Origin: a bacterium
Lineage (GTDB): Bacteria > Krumholzibacteriota > Krumholzibacteriia > G020349025
Assembly (NCBI GenBank): GCA_031362565.1
Contig: JANLSU010000015.1
Location: 1 to 19,516, forward strand
DNA length: 19,516 nucleotides
Direction: 5' to 3'
Part shown: piece after piece, positions 7,787 through 14,913 of the stretch
Position numbering within the stretch: the first letter of the stretch is position 1
Layout of the letters: each line of letters starts with the position of its first letter
Made by a program: the position numbers and the translations under genes
The notes under the pieces: generated by a model
Databases searched by the model: none
The model's input: the letters and a program-made list of their open reading frames with translations, nothing else
What the model was told of the DNA's origin: nothing

Positions 7787-9756
7787 TTGTACTGCGCCCC
7801 CAAGTCGACCCAATTCATGAACTGCTTCTTCTCGGCCGGCGTCAGCGCATTGGCCGCATCCGGGTGCGGCGTTTGACCGGCGCGCGAACCGAGGCCCAGG
7901 ATCCAGTCGATGAGCGGGCTGCGGCGCGAGAAGCCCGGGGTCACGACTTGCGGCCCCTGCATCGTCTCCATCTCCGAACCCGCCAGACTCAGATAGGCCT
8001 GCGGGAAGGTCGTGTTCTCCATCGAGTCGTACACGGCCACGAAGCGCAGGTCGAGATTCCCGGGAGCCGCCGTCGTGTCGACCTGTGCCATGCTGTCGCG
8101 GAACACCGTCGTGAAGATCGGTACGTGACACGACACGCACTTCGCTTGAACCACCGGGCCGACGACATCGCGGAAGTTCACGACTTCGCGGTTCGCCACC
8201 GGCGTGTTGAGATCCGTCGGCGGGCGCTGCAGCGCCAGCGTATTCTGATCGGCCGCTTTGCCGCGATCGTCGTGGCAGCCGACGCACTTCGTGAACGATT
8301 CGCCGGGGCGGCTGTAGATCCAGTTGCGCTTGGTGACCATCGAGCGGCCGTCACTATCGAGCACACAGAACGCGATCGGTGTGTTGGCCGGGACCCGGAT
8401 GTTGAAGGACCCATCCGTCTCCACCGGCGCCACACCAAGGATGCGCTTGCGTTCGAACTCGGTGGTCGAGATGCCCATGCCCTCGCCGGGGAACGTCCGC
8501 AGGCCCTCGACGACCATGACCTGGGTCACCGAACCCACCGGCGGCCGCTCCTGGCCGTCGCCCATCTGCCGGTTGTAGACGCTCGTGCAGGCAAAGACAC
8601 CGCTCGTTTGATTCTCGTCGATCTCGCTCGGGATCTGCTGCGGCCGCTCGTGCGGCGCCACGAGCTGGGCGTCGTATTCCTGGGTGGTGGGATCGTTGTA
8701 CAAGAAGGTCAGGTTCGAGATGGTCTCGCCGTCCGGACCGCCGGGCACGACCTCGAACGTGTACAAACCGTAGTCGGCACCCGAGTCGTCCACTTCGCCG
8801 TTCGCCATCATGGTGCCGTAGGGCAGCGAGAACGACGCCACGAAGCGGCTGCCGCTCACCCACTGCGGATATTTGAAGGCGCCGCGGGTGAAGGGCGGGC
8901 TCAACTCGACGTCGGGCGTCAAGAAGGCGAGCTGGCCGGGTTTGAGTGGGTCGCCGCGCGTGTCGTCCAGGCGGCAGAGCGCCAAGCGTCCGGCGTCCCC
9001 ATTCACCTCGTCCGAAACGATCGAGATGAGGCGCCCGTCCGGGACGGTCGCGGTGTGAAAGAAGTTCATATTGTGCGGCCCGAAGACGTGGAACGTGCCG
9101 CTACCATCCGGGCGGGTCGAAAAGAGCGGGAAACGATTCGTCGTGCCGTGATGATCCCAACGCGTGTAGGCGATCATGCCGGTCGGCAACAGGAACGGAT
9201 CGAAGTCGTCGCTCATGTTGAAGGAAATCTGGTGCAGGTTGCTGCCGTCCGCATTGGCGACATGCAGCACTTCCGACAGACTCCGGTTGTACTCGTCCAG
9301 GTATCCCGGGCGACCGCTGGTGAAGGCGATGGTGCCGTCGGGCAGGTACAGCGGATCGAAGTCGTCGCCATCCTTGCCGTTCGAATCGGGGCCGGTGATG
9401 CGGTGCAACCCGGTTCCGTCGACGTTCATCTCCCAGATGTTGCGCGGATCGCCTGGAGCCGGCACCATCGAGAACAGCACCTTCTTGCCGTCGAACGAGA
9501 TGCACGGATCGTAGATCGATGCGCTCGTGAAGGTGGTCAGTGGCCGCACGTCGCCGTCCGGCGAAATCGGCTGCAGAATGTACAAGTTCGATTCGGAACG
9601 GGTTCGATTCAAGTCTTCCTGCGCGGCCGCCTTCACGAAGATGAGTGCATCAGTGCTCTGCTCGCCGCCGATCAGGTCGTCGGGCGCCGAACCCGTGCAG
9701 CCCGCTGAGAAGCCGACTGCCAGAAACAGGGGCGTCAGTCGTCGCATCGAGTTCAT
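7783..9756 (-). CDS. Hydrazine synthase alpha-subunit-related lipoprotein (PD40/TolB-like propeller, HZS-alpha middle domain, two c-type haem motifs)
   Basis: ATG 9756 overlaps the upstream TGA (ATGA). Lipobox FSAGC. Propeller repeats (DPCISFDGKKVLFSM, DFDPLYLPDGTIAFTS, LFSTRPDGS). Middle domain ILGVAPVETDGSFNIRVPANTPIAFCVLDSDGRS...RPGE. CVGCH at 8272-8286 and CVSCH at 8125-8139. Confidence 0.85.
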   Translation of the reverse strand: MNSMRRLTPLFLAVGFSAGCTGSAPDDLIGGEQSTDALIFVKAAAQEDLNRTRSESNLYILQPISPDGDVRPLTTFTSASIYDPCISFDGKKVLFSMVPAPGDPRNIWEMNVDGTGLHRITGPDSNGKDGDDFDPLYLPDGTIAFTSGRPGYLDEYNRSLSEVLHVANADGSNLHQISFNMSDDFDPFLLPTGMIAYTRWDHHGTTNRFPLFSTRPDGSGTFHVFGPHNMNFFHTATVPDGRLISIVSDEVNGDAGRLALCRLDDTRGDPLKPGQLAFLTPDVELSPPFTRGAFKYPQWVSGSRFVASFSLPYGTMMANGEVDDSGADYGLYTFEVVPGGPDGETISNLTFLYNDPTTQEYDAQLVAPHERPQQIPSEIDENQTSGVFACTSVYNRQMGDGQERPPVGSVTQVMVVEGLRTFPGEGMGISTTEFERKRILGVAPVETDGSFNIRVPANTPIAFCVLDSDGRSMVTKRNWIYSRPGESFTKCVGCHDDRGKAADQNTLALQRPPTDLNTPVANREVVNFRDVVGPVVQAKCVSCHVPIFTTVFRDSMAQVDTTAAPGNLDLRFVAVYDSMENTTFPQAYLSLAGSEMETMQGPQVVTPGFSRRSPLIDWILGLGSRAGQTPHPDAANALTPAEKKQFMNWVDLGAQYK

Positions 9757-10325
9757 GGCTCTGCTCCCGTCTCGGAGGCCCCGGAGTCGTGCAAGGAACG
9801 GTAGAAGGTGATTCCGCCGCTCCACTCCACATAGTGGTACGCGCCCCGGTGATCCTCCTGCTGATCCAAGACCGTGAACGAGCGCGCCTCGAGGCGCAGC
9901 GCGACGTCGTCGCGCAGGAACACGTGTGTGCCACCGCCTGCATTCAGGAGCAGCTTGGTCACCGATGTCGCATTGACCGCGGCGCCCGGAAACACGTGAA
10001 TGGTGCCCAACCCGGCGGTCACAAACGGCCGCAACCGTGACAGGTTGGGAAGCAATGCCGTGGCGTTGGCGAAGTGCAGCGCCGCGTGTACGTCATGCGC
10101 CGGGTTGTGCGCGAGCGTCGCTTCCAGGCCGATCCACGGGTTCGCGAAGTACGCGAACCGCACGCTGTAAAGCGGATCGGTGCCGAGCTGCCCGCCCATG
10201 AACGTGAACGCGAGATGGCCGGGAGCGGGCTTGGCGCCGCTGAATTGGAAGTCATCGCCCGCCTGCGCGTTCCGCGCCAGCATGCTCGTGCCGCCAAGAA
10301 CCAACACCCACCCCCACCAGCGCAT
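9753..10325 (-). CDS. Outer-membrane beta-barrel protein (OmpA-like/porin family)
   Basis: GAGGGAG RBS and signal peptide ending AQA. Strands RFAYFA, GLEATL, PFVTAGLG, GGGTHVFL, LRLEARSF, EWSGGITFY. Confidence 0.8.
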   Translation of the reverse strand: MRWWGWVLVLGGTSMLARNAQAGDDFQFSGAKPAPGHLAFTFMGGQLGTDPLYSVRFAYFANPWIGLEATLAHNPAHDVHAALHFANATALLPNLSRLRPFVTAGLGTIHVFPGAAVNATSVTKLLLNAGGGTHVFLRDDVALRLEARSFTVLDQQEDHRGAYHYVEWSGGITFYRSLHDSGASETGAEP

Positions 10326-10351
10326 CCATGCTCCCTCGTGGCCCTTGAACT

Positions 10352-10879
10352 TCAGCGCGCGGCGTCGGCCGCGGTGACACTCGCCGTTTCACGCGCTCCG
10401 GCGATCCAGTCCCGAATCGTCAGATAGTCGGCATCCAGCGTGTCGGCAAAGATGTCGCCGCCGCCGTGGACCAGGCCGCCGGCGCTTTCCGCCAGCGGCT
10501 TCAAGAGCAATGGGCTCGTCGCCGGAGCCTCCGGCCGCGTGTGCGGCCGCACCGTGATGAAGTCGGCGTGCGGGTTCAAACCGCCCGACAGCAACAACAT
10601 CCCGGCTCCTTGTCCCCCGTGACAGCCGTTCGTCTTCGTGCAGCCTCGCGAAACGAAAATCGGGTCGACGTGCGCTGCGAAGTACGGTTCGTCGAGCGTC
10701 CACTCGTGGCCGCCCCCTGGCGGTGCCGGCCACGTCGGTGCGTTGCACGCAGCGAGCCCCACCGCCAGTGCTCCGATTGCGAGGGCCGCTCGCCAACCCT
10801 CGCCGAACGCTGAACGATGAGGCCCGCCCAACCACCGCCGTGCGCGCGTCCCCACCGCCCCAGCAACCCAACCCCGCAT
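10352..10879 (-). CDS. Lipoprotein with a putative atypical cytochrome c domain (CX5CH)
   Basis: Lipobox LAAC. FAAHVDPIF...GCTKTNGCHG...SPLLLKP...HGGG...DWI resembles planctomycete-type cytochrome c-like domains. The exact start is uncertain. Confidence 0.7.
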   Translation of the reverse strand: MRGWVAGAVGTRARRWLGGPHRSAFGEGWRAALAIGALAVGLAACNAPTWPAPPGGGHEWTLDEPYFAAHVDPIFVSRGCTKTNGCHGGQGAGMLLLSGGLNPHADFITVRPHTRPEAPATSPLLLKPLAESAGGLVHGGGDIFADTLDADYLTIRDWIAGARETASVTAADAAR

Positions 10880-10956
10880 CCAAGCCCCCGCTTCGCCCTA
10901 CGCGCTCCGTCTCCGCCGCGACACGAGCGCTCCAATCATGGAGCCGAGGCCTCTAC

Positions 10957-10972
10957 AGCAAGACCCGTGCTA
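10957..10972 (-). promoter_or_regulatory. Possible sigma54 (-24/-12) promoter of operon B
   Basis: Minus strand reads TAGCACG-GGTC-TTGCT against the consensus TGGCACG-N4-TTGCW. Spacing is correct and it lies about 80 nt upstream of the first ATG, but the single mismatch is in the normally invariant GG. Confidence 0.35.
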
Positions 10973-11350
10973 TCCGTTTTGCGGAGTGCGATTCGGTGCA
11001 ACACCGCACGTCAGGAGACGCCGCGCCGCGCGTGGAAAGGTTCGTGCAGGAACACCGAGGCGTCTTCGCACCGCACAATGCATCCGCGGACGTGCATGCT
11101 GCGCTTTGCCCCACCGGTTTGCGTGACTTGCCCCGCGACGGAGCGGATGGTAGCGACGCTCGGGACGAACGCGGTGCGACGCGGCGTTACGCACCACAAT
11201 TGCTCGACGCAGTACCCTGCGTGAGAATGCGCAGGGCGACGCGGCGCAGGCGCAGGCGCAGCACAGCAGCGCAGCACCGCAGCGCGTCCCACTACAGCGT
11301 GTCGACTTCCAACAGGAGTGCGCGGTTCGAGCGATCGCTGGAGCGTGGGG

Positions 11351-11472
11351 GTCTTCGGAGGTGTGCGACCCCCGCCGACTCAGACAGAACGGGCCGCGCC
11401 GCGCGCTTCGCGCGCAATATTAGATGCGCGAGCCCGTTAACTCGCCGTCGGGGGTCGCCCACCCCCGAAGAC
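11351..11472. repeat. Long imperfect inverted repeat (REP/MITE-like hairpin)
   Basis: Arms 11351-11374 (GTCTTCGGAGGTGTGCGACCCCCG) and 11449-11472 pair at 22 of 24 positions. Inner stem AACGGGC-CGCGC (11388-11399) / GCGCG-A-GCCCGTT (11426-11438). Innermost GCGCGC-TTC-GCGCGC. Confidence 0.8.
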
Positions 11473-11484
11473 GTGCGTCCACTC

Positions 11485-11514
11485 GGAAGCGGAATCGGAA
11501 GCGGAGGCGGAGGC
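11485..11514. repeat. Hexamer tandem repeat, five imperfect units
   Basis: GGAAGC GGAATC GGAAGC GGAGGC GGAGGC, read directly from the sequence. Confidence 0.7.
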
Positions 11515-11615
11515 GTATTTCCGTCTACCCGGGCATCCTGATTCAAGCGGTTCCATGAACCATTCTCGACTCCCCGGACAGTGGGGCTCTGCGGCGGGCG
11601 TGTTATCGTGCAGAC

Positions 11616-11633
11616 ACTCGTTCTGGAACGAGT
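11616..11633. promoter_or_regulatory. Operator-like palindrome
   Basis: ACTCGTTC-TG-GAACGAGT: perfect 8-bp arms with a 2-nt spacer, in non-coding DNA. Confidence 0.35.
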
Positions 11634-11641
11634 TCGCCACG

Positions 11642-11990
11642 GTCGCAATTCGTGGGGATGAAACGAGTAACGCGAACGGAGGCAGGGCGAGCACCTATCC
11701 GCTTCAGCGTTATCTTGCAGGTGCCAACCCCGAGAGGCTCGTCACGCCAGTGGCGTCGGGTGTCAAATGAATCGACAATGCTCTGCTCGGCGGTTGACGA
11801 ATGGCGCCGGCCGGGTCCGAAGAAGCGGCACTTTCCGCTGGCGGTTCCGGTGGCCCCGGCGGTTGCGAAGGTTTGACGCGAACCATCGGTACCGTCGAGT
11901 GCCGACATGATCCTTGAACTTCGGGGTTCTTCCCCCGGCGAGGCCCGACCGCAGTTCCGATGCGTTTCATCACGCCTGTGACGATGCGAC
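11642..11990 (+). ncRNA. Candidate structured non-coding RNA, family unassigned
   Basis: Several nested long-range complementary segments share a centre near 11820 (see findings). G-U wobbles favour the + strand. No convincing ORF overlaps the region. Confidence 0.35.
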
Positions 11991-12001
11991 GCCTGGAGGG
12001 G

Positions 12002-13588
12002 TCAGAGGCGGTTGAGACGGCGGCGGCGTAGCGCGAAGTCGGCTGTGGGGCGTTGTTGGGGCGCGAGAGATCCGAAGGCGGAGGCCGGCTCGAGCGCGTA
12101 GAGCGTGTAATAATATGTTTGTGGGCGGCTGATGCCGAGGCCGCGCACGGCGCCGGTGCGCAGCGGACGCCAGTGGAGGCTGCGGGTCACGTGGCCGGCG
12201 TAGCGTTCGCGTTCGGGGCTGCGATCGACGATGAAGTCCGGGACTCCCAGATCGAGGAACGAACCACTCTCGAGCATCCTATCGTAGCCTTGGGTGTCGA
12301 CGATCGTTTGGACGCGCGGGTCGACGAGTCCGCCGAGATCCAGGATGCGGGCGTTCGAGAAATAACCCAACACACCGATGTCGGGACTGGCGACGACGGC
12401 ACGTGGCAATTGCCGGGCGGCGATATCGAGCGCCATCGGCTTCAGCACCTCGCGAATGCCGCGCGCAAAGTCGCGCGTCGCCGGATACACGGTGAAAGCG
12501 CCGAAGATCGCGCCGACGAGCAGGCTCGCGACTGCGACGCCCGCCGCGCCGCGCGTCGCGGATCCCAGAACGCGCCGCCACGCGGCAAACCCCGCCAAGA
12601 CGACCCAGGGCAGCGTCAAAATCAAGTAACGCGGCTGGACCTGCAGGTCCTCGAGCGCGTACACGACGACGAGCAACACCACGAAGACACCATACGGAGC
12701 GAGCGGATGGTCGAGCGCCCGGCGCAGGCTCTTGCGGCCCTCGAGACGCACCATCAGCACCGCCGCCGCTGCCAGTCCCACGAGTTCGGCGGCGTGGGCG
12801 CCGGCGACCACCCGCAGTTCGCGCCACAGAACGCGCAACCACACCAGCGACTCGGGGCGGAAGCCGCCAGATTTTGCGGCGCCAGTGACCGGCAGGAGTT
12901 GCCCGGTACGGGCGTGCGCAAACCACAGCCACGCCAGTACCGGCAGCGCGAAAACCGGCAGCCACACCGCGAGCCGCGCCCGCCCCCACGCCGTGCGCGC
13001 GTCTTGCACCGCGAAAACCACCGCCAGCAGCAGTGCCTCGGGGCGCACCAGGATCGCGGTCGCGAGCGCCGCGCCGAACAACGCATCGCGCGTCAGGCCA
13101 CGGCCGCCACGCAATCGCAAATCGATCACCGCGAGCAGCGACAGCGCCCCGGCGGCGGTCTCCATGCCGTTCGGCGCGTGGCGCACGAGCCACAGGCTGC
13201 CGCCCCATGCGACCGTTGCAGCCGCGGCCCACGCCCCACGCCCGAGGACCCGCCGCGCGACGGATCCGAACACGAGCACCGAGAGCGCACCGCAGGCAAC
13301 CGACAGCAATCGCGCCGTCGTCTCGCCGGCGTTCGTGGCGGCCAAGATCAACAGCCACAATGGACTCGTGGCGCCCTGCGACGGCTCGCCGAGATTGAAC
13401 GCCAACTGGCCCGTCGCCCGCAGATTGCGCGCGTACTGCAAGTGAATAAACGTGTCGTCCATGATCGAGTCACGGTACGCGAGCACGCCGATGGCAAATG
13501 CGACGAGCGCTAGCCGGCGTACCCAAGCAGCTTGCGAATCGACGCCATCGGCGAGTGCATTCGGCGTCTGCCCATCTTGCAATGCCAT
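12002..13588 (-). CDS. Polytopic membrane protein, GT-C-fold glycosyltransferase (AftB/ArnT-like)
   Basis: DD motif after TM1 (MDDTFIHLQYARNL...FNLGEPSQGATSPLW), then GMET, LVRPE, QPRY and a C-terminal soluble domain DIGVLGYFS...ILDLGGLVD. Many hydrophobic helices. Confidence 0.75.
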   Translation of the reverse strand: MALQDGQTPNALADGVDSQAAWVRRLALVAFAIGVLAYRDSIMDDTFIHLQYARNLRATGQLAFNLGEPSQGATSPLWLLILAATNAGETTARLLSVACGALSVLVFGSVARRVLGRGAWAAAATVAWGGSLWLVRHAPNGMETAAGALSLLAVIDLRLRGGRGLTRDALFGAALATAILVRPEALLLAVVFAVQDARTAWGRARLAVWLPVFALPVLAWLWFAHARTGQLLPVTGAAKSGGFRPESLVWLRVLWRELRVVAGAHAAELVGLAAAAVLMVRLEGRKSLRRALDHPLAPYGVFVVLLVVVYALEDLQVQPRYLILTLPWVVLAGFAAWRRVLGSATRGAAGVAVASLLVGAIFGAFTVYPATRDFARGIREVLKPMALDIAARQLPRAVVASPDIGVLGYFSNARILDLGGLVDPRVQTIVDTQGYDRMLESGSFLDLGVPDFIVDRSPERERYAGHVTRSLHWRPLRTGAVRGLGISRPQTYYYTLYALEPASAFGSLAPQQRPTADFALRRRRLNRL

Positions 13589-13605
13589 CGATCCAGGCTC
13601 CCTCT

Positions 13606-14913
13606 TCAGCGCTCGGGCGCGGCGATTGCCGCCAACAACACGCCCAGACTTTCGGCCTGCGAGCGGCGCTCGAACTGCTCACGCCCACGCATGGCGTACG
13701 ATTCGACAAGCCGGCCGGAGCGCTTGACGGCGAGAAGCCGCCGGAGCGCGCCCGCAATCGCGTCCGGATCGTCCGGGGGCGCGACCTCGCCCCAGCCCAA
13801 ATCACGCACCAGGTCGGCCGCCTCGGACTCCGGGACGAGCGCCAAGATGGGACGCCCGGCGCCCATGTACTCGTAGAGTTTCCCCGGAATAAGGCCGCGA
13901 AAGCGCGGCTCGACATGTTTGATGAGCACGAGCACGTCGGCCGCCTGCATGGCGGCAATAGCCTCGCGATGCGGCACGTAGTCACGCAGGCGCACGCAAC
14001 CGGCCAACTCGGGCGCCGCCGCCGCGGCATCGTTACGTGACTCACGCGCCCCGACAAGCTCGACTTCGAAAGCGCCGCGCAACTCGGGGTGGCTGGTGTG
14101 CAACCCGGCAATGGCGGCCAGGAGTCCTTCGGCCGAGCGCGTCAGCGTCAGCATGCCGGTGTGCAGAAGCCGTAACGGCGTATCCGGTGCACGCGGCGGC
14201 GGCGGCGGTGGAAAATCCTCCGGGTCGAAACCATTCCGAATCACCTGCAGATGGGCGATCGGCCGCGGCGCACGCGCGCGGAGCAAATCCCGCAGCCAAG
14301 TCGTCGTACACGTCACGGCACTCGCCTCACGCAGCACCGCAGCCTCGAGACGCGCGTGCCGGGCCCGATGCCAGGCGGTGGGCGCGGGATGCAAATGAAT
14401 GCCGAACCATGGATCGCGGAAATCCGCCAGCCACGGCAAGCCGGTCGCGCGGCAGAGCGCGAGCGCCACGAGATGATTCGTTTCCGGTGGCCCGCTCGAG
14501 ACGATCACGGCCGGCGGATCCTGCGCCAGGACAGCATGCGCGGCGCGCAGCGCGAAGGGCTTCCAGCCGACATAAGTATCAGGAACGAGTGTCCAACTGG
14601 CGGCGCGGCGTAGAAAACCGAAGGCGCGCGAGGAGCGGCGTGAAGCACTCGCCGCGCCCGCACCGCGCGCCGGCGGGCGCAACCGGCGCAGGACGGAAAT
14701 GCCGCTCGCCGCCGCCGTGCGTTCGACGCGCGCCGAGGCTGGAAGGTCGGCGAGCAGTGTCTCGTCGCGCATCCAATAGTCTTCGGGGCGCCCGGAGAGG
14801 ACCGTCGTGCGCCACCCGCAGCCATCGAGATATTTCACGAACTTGGTGACGCGCTGGACACCGCCGCCACCCATGGGCGGGAAGAAATGCGACACGAGCA
14901 AGAGATGCCTCAT
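13606..14913 (-). CDS. Glycosyltransferase family 4 (GT-B)
   Basis: HFFPPMGGGGVQRVTKFVKYL, SSGPP, WLADFRDPW, IRNGFD, IPGKLYEYMGAGRPILA. ATGA overlap with the upstream gene. Confidence 0.92.
   Translation of the reverse strand: MRHLLLVSHFFPPMGGGGVQRVTKFVKYLDGCGWRTTVLSGRPEDYWMRDETLLADLPASARVERTAAASGISVLRRLRPPARGAGAASASRRSSRAFGFLRRAASWTLVPDTYVGWKPFALRAAHAVLAQDPPAVIVSSGPPETNHLVALALCRATGLPWLADFRDPWFGIHLHPAPTAWHRARHARLEAAVLREASAVTCTTTWLRDLLRARAPRPIAHLQVIRNGFDPEDFPPPPPPRAPDTPLRLLHTGMLTLTRSAEGLLAAIAGLHTSHPELRGAFEVELVGARESRNDAAAAAPELAGCVRLRDYVPHREAIAAMQAADVLVLIKHVEPRFRGLIPGKLYEYMGAGRPILALVPESEAADLVRDLGWGEVAPPDDPDAIAGALRRLLAVKRSGRLVESYAMRGREQFERRSQAESLGVLLAAIAAPER

Noticed and set aside
7783..9756. 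Calling this true hzsA and the organism an anammox bacterium
   Set aside because: There are no hzsB/hzsC or hao-like multihaem genes nearby, the protein has a lipobox, and the context is OM barrels and T9SS-type CTDs. Only family-level resemblance is supported.
11215..11514. CRISPR array
   Set aside because: There are no 23-47 nt direct repeats with regular unique spacers and no cas genes, only inverted repeats and hexamers.
11810..11829. Definite SRP RNA (ffs) call
   Set aside because: The conserved CAGG/AGCA internal loop and GNRA tetraloop are altered (CGGG/AGCG, CGAA) and the stem is shorter. Kept only as a hypothesis.
10938..11973. Short ORFs in the spacer (e.g. 11652-11876 +, 11710-11973 -, 11292-11648 -, 10723-11541 +)
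   Set aside because: They have no recognisable motifs, are Arg/Pro/Ser-rich as expected for random GC-rich frames, and overlap palindromes and microsatellites.
11967..11984. Rho-independent terminator of operon A (minus-strand hairpin TCGTCAC-AGGC-GTGATGA)
   Set aside because: The stem is weak and has no following U-tract. It is noted because it competes with the outer stem of the candidate ncRNA.
11640..11990. tmRNA, RNase P RNA, cobalamin riboswitch, or group I/II intron
   Set aside because: I found no tRNA-like T-arm/CCA end, no GAGGAAAGUCC, no complete B12 box in the right order (only GCCACTGG-like fragments) and no domain V or P7 motifs.
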